Origin: Candidatus Woesearchaeota archaeon
GTDB taxonomy: Archaea; Nanobdellota; Nanobdellia; Woesearchaeales; BM511
Length of the DNA: 64,000 bases
Reading direction: 5' to 3'
Assembly: GCA_002867475.1 (NCBI GenBank)
Contig: PKTL01000043.1
Location: forward strand, 16,192 to 80,191
Positions 9,726-19,952 of this stretch are shown piece by piece. The position numbers were made by a program, and so were the translations under genes. Position 1 is the stretch's first letter. The number at the start of each line of letters is the position of its first letter. The notes under the pieces are model-generated. The model ran no database searches. It saw only the letters and a program-made list of their open reading frames with translations, and had not been told where the DNA came from.

Positions 9726-10025
9726 TTAATGAAATAACTTCTCATATTTTTCAAGTTGTCTCTTTGATAATTTATATATTATGTCATGATGCTCATAATC
9801 TACGAAATGAATAGTTCCATCATCTCCAAAGAAGAGTATAACATAAGAATTGTTAACATGTGCTCGTTTAAATCTTTTTAATTTATATTTCAAATTTTTG
9901 TAATGATTAATATCTTCAGAACATATTATTTCATCAATTTTATTCATAAGATTTTTTAATTCTTGGCCTCTAAGCTTACTAACTTTCTTTTCAAAATCTG
10001 GAGAAGTTTTAGCTTTTCTTTTCAT
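9726..10025 (-). CDS. RelE/ParE-superfamily toxin
   Basis: 99 aa, basic; FEKKVSKL...HYKNLKYKLKRFKRAHV..YVILF...DYEHHD pattern; directly downstream of RHH gene. Confidence 0.75.
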   Translation of the reverse strand: MKRKAKTSPDFEKKVSKLRGQELKNLMNKIDEIICSEDINHYKNLKYKLKRFKRAHVNNSYVILFFGDDGTIHFVDYEHHDIIYKLSKRQLEKYEKLFH

Positions 10026-10324
10026 TATTTGAGATCGGCTTTTTTTCTCATTTTATCAAGAAATTTTTTTGAATCTTCAACGCTACTAAAAGTGTTTACT
10101 TCTTTGCTATTAAGCAAAAAATTAGCATATTCTTCTCTAACTTCTAAATCATCAAATATTTTATCTCTTAAAGCCTCTCGAATAAGTTCTTGGATACTCA
10201 TATAACCTTTTTCTTCTGCATATTTTTTTGCAAGACCAAAAAAATTATCTTGAAATTTAAGATTTACTTGCGTAACCATAGTATCTTGAGATATCTTAAG
10301 ATATTTAAAACTTGTGTTTACCAT
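10025..10324 (-). CDS. Ribbon-helix-helix antitoxin (alternative start 10279)
   Basis: QVNLKF...KYAEEKGYMSIQELIREALRDKIF; one-base overlap with toxin start. Confidence 0.75.
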   Translation of the reverse strand: MVNTSFKYLKISQDTMVTQVNLKFQDNFFGLAKKYAEEKGYMSIQELIREALRDKIFDDLEVREEYANFLLNSKEVNTFSSVEDSKKFLDKMRKKADLK

Positions 10325-10346
10325 ACTCTAAAATAAAAATATTTAA

Positions 10347-10376
10347 TTTAAAAATCTCACGTGAAAATGTCCAGTG
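10347..10376 (-). promoter_or_regulatory. CACTGGACAT-N14-TTTAAA promoter motif, copy A
   Basis: + strand tttaaa-aatctcacgtgaaa-atgtccagtg; 22 nt before ATG 10324. Confidence 0.65.
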
Positions 10377-10443
10377 AAAAAAAGATGTAAAAATAGATCA
10401 TCTCATTAAATTTTAAAAAAAATTAAACATGAACCTAAAAGAA

Positions 10444-10839
10444 TTATTTTTTCTTTTTTCTTTTAGCAATTTCTTGCTGTTCTGTCAATAGTTGAATCTT
10501 GTTTGGGTCTTTCTTGATCTCTTTAACTATGCTTGCTGGACCTATTATTGTTAATCCTTGTCTGTTTCCTAGAAGTTTGCTTGCGAGTGCAAGCTTCATT
10601 TTTTCCATGCCTGTAGCGTTTGATCCTTGTGGGTCTACTACTGCTAGTTCTATTCCTTTGAATTCGTCATCGATCTCTTCCATGGTTGTCTTGATAAGTT
10701 CTGCTTCTTCTTCTTTTTCAAGTCTTCCTTCTAGAAGAACTATCTTATTTTCCTTTGCAACCTTGAGTAGTTTTTTTATCCTGCCTATACTGCTTAGGCC
10801 TTCGATTGCAGCGTATGGTACGAATTCAAGTGTTAACAT
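10444..10839 (-). CDS. DUF2073 (OapB-like) protein
   Basis: RIKKLL...IVLLEGRL..EEEAELIKTTMEEI..FKGIE and GLTIIGPA; follows Era-like GTPase as in archaeal oapAB. Confidence 0.8.
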   Translation of the reverse strand: MLTLEFVPYAAIEGLSSIGRIKKLLKVAKENKIVLLEGRLEKEEEAELIKTTMEEIDDEFKGIELAVVDPQGSNATGMEKMKLALASKLLGNRQGLTIIGPASIVKEIKKDPNKIQLLTEQQEIAKRKKKK

Positions 10840-10903
10840 GCTAAAAAACCTCCTGTTTTTGGCATGCTAAAAATTTTGATTTTTATCATATTAATATCCT
10901 CTT

Positions 10904-11533
10904 TTAAGCAGATTTTACCAGTTCCTCATAAAAGTCTTCAATGTTTGTGCCTTGTTTTGCACTTATTCCGACTACTTTGTATTGAGGGAATGCTTCCTCC
11001 ACTTTTTTTATGTCAGCTTTTTTCAGGTCTACCTTGTTTGCAAGTATTATTACTGGTATATCTCTTGCTTGAAGGTTTCCTATGATTGTTATATTTACTT
11101 GACTGTATGGATCTTTTGTTGCGTCTAATACAACCACCACTACTTCCATGTCATCTAGCCATTTTATTGAATCGATTATTCCTTTTGTCGCTTCTTTTGC
11201 TCTAGCTTTTGCTTCGTCTTCTTTCATTCCAGCTTTTAAGAAATCTTCATAATCGATTCTTGTTGCGATTCCAGGGGTATCTACTAAGTTAAATGTGAGT
11301 TCTTTTCCTTTAGATTTTATTACTACTTGCTCTTTTACTTGGATCTCTCTTGTTTCATGTGCCATGCTTGATACACTACCCATTTCTTCTCCAAGCCAAT
11401 CTTGACAAATCCTGTTTGCTAAAGTAGTTTTCCCTCCATTTGGAGGCCCATATAGACCTATCTTAAAATTCTTTTTCTTCTTGAAAAACCCACCGAAAAT
11501 TCCGTTCATTACGGATTTTAACTTCTTAATCAT
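10904..11533 (-). CDS. Era-like small GTPase (OapA-like)
   Basis: GPPNGGKTT, HETR, DTPG, NKVD, SAK motifs. Confidence 0.88.
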   Translation of the reverse strand: MIKKLKSVMNGIFGGFFKKKKNFKIGLYGPPNGGKTTLANRICQDWLGEEMGSVSSMAHETREIQVKEQVVIKSKGKELTFNLVDTPGIATRIDYEDFLKAGMKEDEAKARAKEATKGIIDSIKWLDDMEVVVVVLDATKDPYSQVNITIIGNLQARDIPVIILANKVDLKKADIKKVEEAFPQYKVVGISAKQGTNIEDFYEELVKSA

Positions 11534-11639
11534 ATGAGAATTAATGGTTAATGACTACTATATAAAGATTACTATTTAATCTTATACAAAAGCGTTTAGA
11601 ATAAATATTTTTATATATTTAATCAAGATTCCTGTTAAG

Positions 11640-11900
11640 ATGAAACCAACAGATTTATACCATTCTGTTATTCAAGTTGATACGTTGATTTCTAGAATGG
11701 ATCAAAAAGAAACAAATAATATTGCAAGACTATTGGAAAAAGGCAATATACAAGATATTTTAGATGTCAATTTGAAACTAAAAGACCTATTTGGAAAATA
11801 TGTTTCACATTATAATGAGGGCGATAGATTAATTCAAGTTATAAGTGAAACACATTATAGTGCCGCTATGAATGCTCTTGATAGAAAAATGTATCAATAA
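11640..11900 (+). CDS. Hypothetical protein
   Basis: 86-aa ORF with TTTATATA shortly upstream. Confidence 0.55.
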   Translation: MKPTDLYHSVIQVDTLISRMDQKETNNIARLLEKGNIQDILDVNLKLKDLFGKYVSHYNEGDRLIQVISETHYSAAMNALDRKMYQ

Positions 11901-11976
11901 TTCTTATTGGAATATTTTTGTCAATAGTTTATTTAAAAGAAATATACATTCTTGTCTAGAAACGTGAAAACGGGGC

Positions 11977-12318
11977 GTGATAAATATGAATGCAGGATAT
12001 GATTTTGATACACAAAGCGATAGAGATTTTGGAAGAATTCTTAGTCTATTAAGAAAAGGTGAAACTTTTAATACCACATTACAAGATGCTAATTTTTTGA
12101 TTGGCGAACTTGAAGAACTTGTTTCCGTAGTGCCTTTAGAAAACAAGACTCAATTATATCAAGTGAATGTTACATTTAAAGAATATGAAACTTTACTTAC
12201 AAGTTATGAAACTGTGAAAGATATGGAAATAAGAGCAGTATATGGAGCAGGAAATATGAGAAAAGATCCTGATTTTACTAGATGGTCTGCTGTTGATGTC
12301 CCTAAATTATATGATTAA
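11977..12318 (+). CDS. Hypothetical protein (alternative start 11986)
   Basis: ORF with ordinary composition; no family recognised. Confidence 0.55.
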   Translation: MINMNAGYDFDTQSDRDFGRILSLLRKGETFNTTLQDANFLIGELEELVSVVPLENKTQLYQVNVTFKEYETLLTSYETVKDMEIRAVYGAGNMRKDPDFTRWSAVDVPKLYD

Positions 12319-12319
12319 G

Positions 12320-12676
12320 ATGAAAATGGAAAACTCAAATTTGATAGATAAAATAAATGGATTAGAAGTTGATGAGTTAGAGATTTTGGCTTCGGCATTT
12401 GTCAAAGGAAAACATTTTGACCTAGAACTTGCTAGAGTTAAGATAAGAAAACCTCATAATGGTTCTAAAGATTATGCTAGTGTTCTTGAAAATCTTTTGC
12501 CAGATAATATAAGAAGAACTGATGATGGAAAAGAAAATTATAGGATGATTATGAAATCAGATGTATATCTTGGACTAAGAAATCTATTGATTAATGAATA
12601 TGATAAGCATCCAGATTCTCACTTATTAGGACTTCCAGATATGAATAAAGATTATGAAAGATATTATAATGCTTGA
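12320..12676 (+). CDS. Hypothetical protein (start uncertain)
   Basis: ATG immediately after upstream stop. Confidence 0.55.
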   Translation: MKMENSNLIDKINGLEVDELEILASAFVKGKHFDLELARVKIRKPHNGSKDYASVLENLLPDNIRRTDDGKENYRMIMKSDVYLGLRNLLINEYDKHPDSHLLGLPDMNKDYERYYNA

Positions 12677-13060
12677 TCAGATTATTATCTGTAGTTTCAA
12701 TTCTTGTAATTGATTTCTTTCTTTTAGATTTTGTATATCTTCTTTAGTAAGTAACGAACGTGCATAAGCCATAGAATGTTCTATATTGAACATATCACTA
12801 AAAACCAATTTTTCTAAAGACTTTTGAGTTTCATCTTTTAAATTTATAGCACGAATATATTCTTCTCCACTTATAGGTATTCGTTTATATGAATTAATGA
12901 TTTGTTCATCAGGTAAATATCCTATTTGAACAGCGTAAGCTTGGTCTTTATGTACAAGATATGCTTTTCTGTGTCTTAAATTATTAATATGAGAATCTGG
13001 AGCATCTTCTATTGTAAATAGTTCATCTTCTACAAACATAGAATTTATTGTTTCAATCAT
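12677..13060 (-). CDS. Hypothetical protein
   Basis: 127-aa ORF with TATA-like element upstream; stop abuts convergent gene. Confidence 0.55.
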   Translation of the reverse strand: MIETINSMFVEDELFTIEDAPDSHINNLRHRKAYLVHKDQAYAVQIGYLPDEQIINSYKRIPISGEEYIRAINLKDETQKSLEKLVFSDMFNIEHSMAYARSLLTKEDIQNLKERNQLQELKLQIII

Positions 13061-13094
13061 GACTCTTTTAGAATAATAACAATTATTTAAACTT

Positions 13095-14024
13095 TTAGAA
13101 TTTTTTCATCAATTCTAATTTTAAGGTTTCACCAATTGGTTCGCCTTTGAAGTAATCGACCTTTGCACAAATGCTTATCTTGTCTGCTAGTGCTCTTGCT
13201 GCTTTTCCTTTATCTTTTCTTGGTACGCCTGTAACTATTGGATGGTTTATTATGAAACCATGCTTTGGAGGTTTTGAACCGCTTTTTATATGCCTAAAAA
13301 GCGCTGTTTCTGCACCTAGAAGCTGTATTGTTCCTGCAGGCATTAAGCTTAGTTGTCTAACGCTTCCTGCAAAGGTTATTAGTTTTGAACCTATCATTGT
13401 GCCTACTATTTCATAAACGTTTGGTGCATGTCGTTTCATTAAGGTTTCAAGATATTTCTCTTTAGCTTTCTTTTCATCGAATAATTCTTTTACTTGTTTT
13501 GCTAATTTTATTATCTCTTCAACATCAGATTTTTTTAGGCTTGCACCCATTGATTCAGTTATTTTTAATTCTGAAAAAAGTTCATCTTTTGTTTTTATTG
13601 ATACCGCTTTACTAAATCCTTCATTGTCACCTATCTTGTTTGATATTTCTGGCGCGTATAAACTGTGCCATTCCCTTAATCTTTTTGAAAGCGTATTATT
13701 TACTTTTTCTAAGTCTTCAATGAGCCCTACTGTTTGTATTATTAGATTATCATCACTTACTGATTCTCTAATATTTTTCTTTGTATTTTTAGTGTCAAAA
13801 TCTTTGAATTTTTTAGCATCATTTTTTAATATTTGAAGTATCTTTTTCAATTGGTCATTCGTTGGTTCTTCACCAGAAAACTTTTTCTTTATTGAATCAA
13901 TTCCTTTAGTTACTAATTCTTCCTGTTCTTTTTTAGAGAATTCTCTTGAATCTATCAAGAATAGTTTCCCATTTTTTTCTTCGAACAAATATTCTCCTAT
14001 TATATTAACAAAACTTATTTTCAT
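13095..14024 (-). CDS. nop5: Box C/D sRNP protein Nop5 (Nop56/58)
   Basis: RLREWH..YAPE, APN, TIQLLGAE.ALFRH, PPKHG, KAARALA.K...AKVDYF. Confidence 0.9.
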   Translation of the reverse strand: MKISFVNIIGEYLFEEKNGKLFLIDSREFSKKEQEELVTKGIDSIKKKFSGEEPTNDQLKKILQILKNDAKKFKDFDTKNTKKNIRESVSDDNLIIQTVGLIEDLEKVNNTLSKRLREWHSLYAPEISNKIGDNEGFSKAVSIKTKDELFSELKITESMGASLKKSDVEEIIKLAKQVKELFDEKKAKEKYLETLMKRHAPNVYEIVGTMIGSKLITFAGSVRQLSLMPAGTIQLLGAETALFRHIKSGSKPPKHGFIINHPIVTGVPRKDKGKAARALADKISICAKVDYFKGEPIGETLKLELMKKF

Positions 14025-14211
14025 AAAGAGAAGTTTATTGACACTATTTATAAAACTTTACACTGAAGTTTTATGCCCAAATCTGCCCAGATTCAAAAAA
14101 AGAATTTGTTTGTATAAAAGTAACTGTGTCACTTTTAAAAAGCATTATGAAATTTGCTTGCGATTTTTATTTACGGCAATGTTTATAAACAACCCAGAAT
14201 TTCTATTAGGT

Positions 14212-15327
14212 ATGTCAGATAAGCTAAGAATGAGTGCTAAGGATAGGCATAAGTTGAAGAGTTTCTTAAAAGAGATTTCTCAAATTAAAGGTAGAGGTAC
14301 CGAACTTGTTAGCGTTTACGTTCCTGCAGGTTATGATTTGAATAAGATTGTTGCTCACTTGCAAGATGAACAAGGTACTGCAACCAATATCAAAAGTAAG
14401 CAGACTAGAGATAATGTTATAGCTTCACTTGAAAAAATGATCCAGCACTTGAAGCTTTATGATAAGACTCCCGAGAATGGACTTGTTGTCTTTGCAGCAA
14501 ACACTGCTGAGCGTGAAGGTCAACAAGATTACAAAGCTTGGAGCTATATCCCTGTAATCCCTATGAATCAAAGGCTTTACAGATGCGATAAGGAGTTTGT
14601 TCTTGAACCATTAGAAGAGCTTGCTAGTGATGAGAGCATCTATGGTCTTGTTGTTATGGATAAAAGAGAAGGTAACATCGCTCTGTTAAAAGGTAAAACC
14701 ATTGTTCCACTTACGAATGCTCAAAGCGCTGTTCCTGGAAAGCATAAGACTGGTGGTCAGTCTGCTCAAAGGTTTGAAAGATTAAGAGATCTTGCTAGTT
14801 TAGAGTTCTATAAAAGAATTGCAGATCACATGCAGACTAATTTTTTGGATATGATAACTGAATTGAAAGGTATTATTATTGGGGGCCCTGGTCATTCCAA
14901 ATATGATTTTGCTGAAGGAAATGTTATCAATGATCAATTGAAAAGAAAAATTATTGGTATTAAAGACCTTAGTTATACTGGAGAGTTTGGACTTCAGGAA
15001 TTAGTTGAGAAAAGTGAGGATTTGCTTGCTTCTGAAGAGATCATGGGTGAGAAAAGGATTATGGGTGAATTCTTTGAAAAACTATCAAAAAATGATAAGA
15101 TTGTTGCTTATGGAGTAAAAGAAGTTAAAGCTGCTCTTGAGATGGGCGCTGTTGAAAAGCTTCTTCTTAGTGAAACTTTGGATGATTCAACAATCGAAGA
15201 ATTTGAGAAGATCAATGAGCAATATGGTGGTGAAACACATTTTATAAGTACTGAGACTAGAGAAGGTGTTCAATTGAAAGATCTTGGTAAAATGGGTGCA
15301 ATCCTCAGATACCCTTTACAAGGATAA
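14212..15327 (+). CDS. prf1: Peptide chain release factor aRF1
   Basis: GRGTELVSVY, NIKS, YRCDK, GGQSAQRF; start reassigned to ATG 14212 downstream of a TATA box. Confidence 0.96.
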   Translation: MSDKLRMSAKDRHKLKSFLKEISQIKGRGTELVSVYVPAGYDLNKIVAHLQDEQGTATNIKSKQTRDNVIASLEKMIQHLKLYDKTPENGLVVFAANTAEREGQQDYKAWSYIPVIPMNQRLYRCDKEFVLEPLEELASDESIYGLVVMDKREGNIALLKGKTIVPLTNAQSAVPGKHKTGGQSAQRFERLRDLASLEFYKRIADHMQTNFLDMITELKGIIIGGPGHSKYDFAEGNVINDQLKRKIIGIKDLSYTGEFGLQELVEKSEDLLASEEIMGEKRIMGEFFEKLSKNDKIVAYGVKEVKAALEMGAVEKLLLSETLDDSTIEEFEKINEQYGGETHFISTETREGVQLKDLGKMGAILRYPLQG

Positions 15328-15358
15328 CATTATAAATAATCTTTATCAAACAATTCTT

Positions 15359-16024
15359 ATGAGTGTTGATTTTTTATGTAAAGCATATGTTGGGCTTCTT
15401 GAAAGAGAACCAATCTATGAATTGAAAGTTCGTTATAGTAAAGCTTTTGAACCTTACAATGCTAATGTCAAATATACACGACGCGAAATGGTCTTTTCCC
15501 TTAGCCATCTTTGGAAAGATACTAGCGTTGAGATAAAGATTGGACTTATACAGTTCTTGCTTTCTAAAGTGTTCAAGACTAAACGTAAGACTTTGAACAT
15601 GGATTTATATGAGATATTTTTGAAAAATGTTCATATTGGTATTGAAAAGGATAAGATTGATCCTTTGTTGAAGTCTGTTTTCGATAAGATGAATGATATG
15701 TATTTTGCTGGAATGCTTGACATGCCTAACCTTGTTTGGGGTGGAAGAAATCTCTCAAAACTGGGGTCATACACATATAGTTCTGATACTATCATGATTA
15801 GTGACGTTTTAAGAAAGGATTCTATGTTACTTGAATATGTCATGTATCATGAGATGCTCCATAAGAAGCTTAAATTTAACCGTAGTAAGACTGGAACAAA
15901 AACTTTCCATCACACAAAAGAGTTCAAAGAGCTCGAAGCTAAGTTCTATGATAAAGATGCTGAACAGAAACTAAAGATTTTCTTACGAAAACAAAAGCTG
16001 AAAAGAGCTTTCTTCCTCGATTAA
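15359..16024 (+). CDS. SprT/YgjP-like zinc metalloprotease
   Basis: YVMYHEMLH, HHTKEF and LGSY motifs. Confidence 0.75.
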   Translation: MSVDFLCKAYVGLLEREPIYELKVRYSKAFEPYNANVKYTRREMVFSLSHLWKDTSVEIKIGLIQFLLSKVFKTKRKTLNMDLYEIFLKNVHIGIEKDKIDPLLKSVFDKMNDMYFAGMLDMPNLVWGGRNLSKLGSYTYSSDTIMISDVLRKDSMLLEYVMYHEMLHKKLKFNRSKTGTKTFHHTKEFKELEAKFYDKDAEQKLKIFLRKQKLKRAFFLD

Positions 16025-16093
16025 GTTGAATACCACTAATAAGTGACAAAAAAGGAAACATTTATAAAGGAAAGAGGGTTTCGAATTAGTAAT

Positions 16094-17143
16094 ATGAGCA
16101 AATTAGAAGCAAGATTAGCCTCCATCGAAATTGGGCTTGAAAGTGAAGATTATAATAGAGTGATTGAGGATCTTAACAAAATAAAAAAAGAAAATCCAGA
16201 TTATCCACTTGAAAAAGAAGGTTATTTAATAGATTTTTATATGGGTCAAGCAATTTTTAGAAAAGAAATTAGTTCTAAAACCAAACCTAAACAACTAGAA
16301 AAAGCAAGACAACATCTCAAAAAATCTTTAGAATCAATTTCAACTTTTGCAGACGGACATTTAATGCAAGCTTATAATTCAATGGTATTAGGACAAATCC
16401 TAAATTCTGAATTTTATAGATTAGAATCCAAATATGAATTTCAAGAAGCATTAAAAATAAATCCTTTTCTTCAAAATGAAGTATCTCCAAAAATTTCAGC
16501 ACTTAATCAAAGTATTAAACAAGATTATGATATAACAATTTGTGCCAATAATGAAGAAGTGATTTTAGAATTGATGATAGAATTTGAAAAATTTCCTTGG
16601 ATAAAAATTGAATATGGAGATATAACTACTCAAAAAGCAGATGCGATTGTGAGTCCAGCTAATAGTTTCGGTTTTATGGATGGAGGATTAGATCATACAT
16701 TGAGTGAATATTTTGGTTGGGATCTTCAAGAAAAACTTCAAAAAATTATTAAAGAAAAACATCATGGAGAATTATTGGTTGGAAAAGCAGAAATACTCGA
16801 AACTGGAAATGAAGAAGTTCCATATCTAATTTCAGCACCGACAATGAGAGTTCCGATGGAAATTAAAGATAGTATGAACCCCTATTTAGCTACTCGTGCA
16901 GTATTTATTGCACTTGAAAAATTCAATTCTGAAGAAAAAAGAATAAATAGTGTTTTAATACCTTCTATGGGAACAGGCATAGGTAAAGTTCCTTATGATA
17001 TCTCAGCAAGACAAATGAGAGCTGCATATGAAGATATACTTCTTAATCAAAATAAGTTCCCTCAAGATTTTGCAGATGCTCAACATAAAAATAAAGTATT
17101 ATCAATGGACCACTTTTATCAATTATATAAAGGACAATATTAA
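16094..17143 (+). CDS. TPR-like domain fused to macrodomain (ADP-ribose binding/hydrolase)
   Basis: C-terminal GDIT..ADAIVSPANSFGFMDGGLD, SAPTMRVP, MGTGIG; N-terminal helical TPR-like region. Confidence 0.85.
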   Translation: MSKLEARLASIEIGLESEDYNRVIEDLNKIKKENPDYPLEKEGYLIDFYMGQAIFRKEISSKTKPKQLEKARQHLKKSLESISTFADGHLMQAYNSMVLGQILNSEFYRLESKYEFQEALKINPFLQNEVSPKISALNQSIKQDYDITICANNEEVILELMIEFEKFPWIKIEYGDITTQKADAIVSPANSFGFMDGGLDHTLSEYFGWDLQEKLQKIIKEKHHGELLVGKAEILETGNEEVPYLISAPTMRVPMEIKDSMNPYLATRAVFIALEKFNSEEKRINSVLIPSMGTGIGKVPYDISARQMRAAYEDILLNQNKFPQDFADAQHKNKVLSMDHFYQLYKGQY

Positions 17144-18003
17144 GCAACCAAATCAAATACTGCTTCTTCTAAACATTCTGGGTGAAAATAATGCTCTTTA
17201 CCAAAATTTCCCGTCCCTCTTATAATTGCTTTTTTACCATGAGATTCAACTTTTTTATTATCAGTTAAAAGTGAAGAATGTCTGTTTAACCACTTTTCTG
17301 TTTCACCCATTTCAAAACTATCAAGTAAATCAACATCAAAAGGTTTAAAATCTTCTAAAGATCTTTTAGAAAAAGAAACTTTTACTATATGGAGTTTAGG
17401 AATTTCAATACCTTCATTTTTACATCTGTCTGTAATTAATTTTTTATATTTTCTTGCATGTTTGATATCATCAAATGAATATAGACCAGGACCAAAATGA
17501 GCTTTAGTAGGAGTTATTGGCCAAGTACCTTTACCATGAACAATCCTATTTACACCTTCTTTATCTTGAACTGTATAAAAACTTATAAGCTTAATTCCTA
17601 ATTCTTTTACTTGTTTATGAGTCATCCCTCTTATTAATCTTATATCTTGAATATCTTGTTTTAACAAACTATTCAATTCAAAAAGAATTTTTTCTCCTAA
17701 TTCAAGTTTATCTTTAGGAACATTTTGATTTAAATTTTTTAATTTCATTATCAAATCCAAATCATCTTTCAATTGAGCAGCAAGAAAATTTATTTTATTG
17801 TACAAATTATTATTACCTTTAACTAACCTATGTAACTTTCTAATTGTCCTAATCAATTGCAAATCTAATTCCTCAAGATCTTTAAGACCTTTTAATTTAG
17901 AATCCTTCCAAATCCATTTTTCAGATAAAAATTTTGTTGATTTTCCTAAATCAGAAATGAGTTCATCTAATTCTTCTAATAATTTTTTTCTAAACAAACC
18001 CAT
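17140..18003 (-). CDS. Helical N-terminus plus putative ADP-ribosyltransferase-fold toxin-like domain
   Basis: FYTVQ...R....G.WP....AHFGPGLYSF....A.KY...KEHYF resembles ART-fold toxin tips; recognised by eye only. Confidence 0.55.
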   Translation of the reverse strand: MGLFRKKLLEELDELISDLGKSTKFLSEKWIWKDSKLKGLKDLEELDLQLIRTIRKLHRLVKGNNNLYNKINFLAAQLKDDLDLIMKLKNLNQNVPKDKLELGEKILFELNSLLKQDIQDIRLIRGMTHKQVKELGIKLISFYTVQDKEGVNRIVHGKGTWPITPTKAHFGPGLYSFDDIKHARKYKKLITDRCKNEGIEIPKLHIVKVSFSKRSLEDFKPFDVDLLDSFEMGETEKWLNRHSSLLTDNKKVESHGKKAIIRGTGNFGKEHYFHPECLEEAVFDLVA

Positions 18004-18159
18004 AAAATATTTATTTAAAATTAAATATTTAAAACTATCGAAAATAAAAATCTAAAACCTCCTGTTTTACCAAATATAACAAGCATGGAAAAGTTTATAA
18101 ATAAACCTCGTCCCCCAAAAGAATATTAATTATTAATATATATTTAATTGGTGATATTC

Positions 18160-18561
18160 ATGGAAGGAGAAATCAAACTTACAAGCATCGGACACTTAAA
18201 GAAAGGCAACTATGTTGTTATAGATGGTGTTGCATGCGTCGTTAAAGATACACAAACTTCAAGACCTGGAAAGCACGGTCACGCTAAGGTTAGGCTTTCA
18301 GCTACAGGAATTCTTGATGGAAAATTAAAAGTTATTGTTATGCCAGGTCATGATAATATTGAAACACCAGTTATTGACAAAAGAACTGCTCAAGTATTAT
18401 CCATTGCAGGAAAAATGGCAAACATCATGGATGGCGAAACATATGAAACTTTCGACATTGAAATTCCTGAAGAACTAAAGGATGAAGTTGTTGAAGGTGT
18501 TTCAGTACTTTACTGGGTAATCCTAAAAGACAAAGTAATAAAGCAGGTTAAGAACGATTAA
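18160..18561 (+). CDS. eif5a: Translation factor aIF5A
   Basis: Hypusine motif SRPGKHGHAK; GGTGA RBS. Confidence 0.96.
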   Translation: MEGEIKLTSIGHLKKGNYVVIDGVACVVKDTQTSRPGKHGHAKVRLSATGILDGKLKVIVMPGHDNIETPVIDKRTAQVLSIAGKMANIMDGETYETFDIEIPEELKDEVVEGVSVLYWVILKDKVIKQVKND

Positions 18562-18572
18562 GAGGATTTAAA

Positions 18573-18734
18573 ATGGCAAAATTCGCAGAAGCTGACGCAA
18601 GACTTTTCAAAAACATTTTTGTATGCAGAAAATGCAAGAACAAGGTTAGGGCACCTAACATGAAAGTTCTAGCTGGAAAAGTTAAATGCAGAACATGCAA
18701 TGGGAAAGCTTTACGGACTGTTCGTAAAAAATGA
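18573..18734 (+). CDS. rpl40e: 50S ribosomal protein L40e
   Basis: Manual translation MAKFAEADARLFKNIFVCRKCKNKVRAPNMKVLAGKVKCRTCNGKALRTVRKK; two CxxC; GAGG RBS; below ORF-track cutoff. Confidence 0.9.
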   Translation: MAKFAEADARLFKNIFVCRKCKNKVRAPNMKVLAGKVKCRTCNGKALRTVRKK

Positions 18735-19921
18735 TCATTGATGGATTTACTAGCGTGCTTATCAAATATTGGCACGTATTTTTATTCTATATTTCACTTA
18801 TAATCTTATTATATCTTAACAGGAATAAATTTGAGATGCAAGGAAGGTTTGTTTTCTTGTACAAGACCAAATTTGGTTTGAAATTGATGGATTCTATTGC
18901 TGAAAAATATAATAGAACCGTGAAATTTCTTGGAACTATTGGAATATATGTAGGCTACATCGGTTTCTTGTTCATAACTTATGCTTTGCTCATGACATTT
19001 TATAATGTTTTGAAAAAACCTGATACTGTTGCTATAAGTCCAGTACTTCCTGGAGTTCCAATTGCTGGTACAAATCTTATATTTCCTTTGATTACAGGTT
19101 GGATAGCGCTTTTAATAATAATAATTGTTCATGAGTTTTCCCATGGAGTTGTTGCTAGAGCTTACAAGCAAAAGATCCTTTCAAGTGGTATCGCTTTTTT
19201 TGGTCCTATAATGGGTGCTTTTGTTGAACCTGATGAGAAACAGATATCTAAGCAAAATAAAAAAGTTCAGAATTCTATCTATGCAGCTGGACCTTTTTCA
19301 AATATTTTGTTGACTTTGGTTGCAGCATTATTGCTTTTTTTTGTTGTGAGTCCTATCTCTGCATCTATCAGCAGTGTTGATGGTCTTGATATAGGTCCCA
19401 TACCTGATCTTCCTGCTGAAGAAGCTGGACTTATTGAAAATTCGTTACTTACCAAGATAAATGATGTTGATATAAGAGAAAATGTTTCTTTGTTTTATGA
19501 GGTAACTAGTGACCTTTCACCAGGTGATGTTGTCAAGCTTGAAACAAGTAGTGGAACTTATGAATTTGCTACAACTTCAAATCCTGCTAATGAATCCATG
19601 GCTTATATGGGAATCTACATTCATGATATTGTAAGATCTGGGAACACTTTTGAATTGAACATATTATATATTATTTTGACTTGGTTTTCAAGCCTTCTTT
19701 TCTGGGTTGGTTTCATCAGCATAAATATCGGCCTTATCAATCTTTACCCGATCTATATTACCGATGGTGCTAGGATGCTAAAGACTCTTCTTGATGACAA
19801 GATGGAAGACAAGAAAAGAGCTGAGACTTTCTGGATCAAGATAAATAATTTCGCAGTTCTTATACTTCTTGGTATAATATTTTTGCAGGTTGGAAATTTC
19901 TTTCTTGGTTTTTTTGCATAA
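18731..19921 (+). CDS. Site-2 protease (M50) with PDZ-like insert
   Basis: HEFSHG, GAFVEPDE, AAGPFSN, NLYPIYITDG. Confidence 0.92.
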   Translation: MIIDGFTSVLIKYWHVFLFYISLIILLYLNRNKFEMQGRFVFLYKTKFGLKLMDSIAEKYNRTVKFLGTIGIYVGYIGFLFITYALLMTFYNVLKKPDTVAISPVLPGVPIAGTNLIFPLITGWIALLIIIIVHEFSHGVVARAYKQKILSSGIAFFGPIMGAFVEPDEKQISKQNKKVQNSIYAAGPFSNILLTLVAALLLFFVVSPISASISSVDGLDIGPIPDLPAEEAGLIENSLLTKINDVDIRENVSLFYEVTSDLSPGDVVKLETSSGTYEFATTSNPANESMAYMGIYIHDIVRSGNTFELNILYIILTWFSSLLFWVGFISINIGLINLYPIYITDGARMLKTLLDDKMEDKKRAETFWIKINNFAVLILLGIIFLQVGNFFLGFFA

Positions 19922-19952
19922 GTTTAAATAAAAAAATAGCTTTTTGTTTAAT

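Noticed and set aside
11534-11639. Replication origin upstream of the oapA-like GTPase
   Set aside because: No ORB-like repeats or cdc6 gene here; only divergent TATA boxes.
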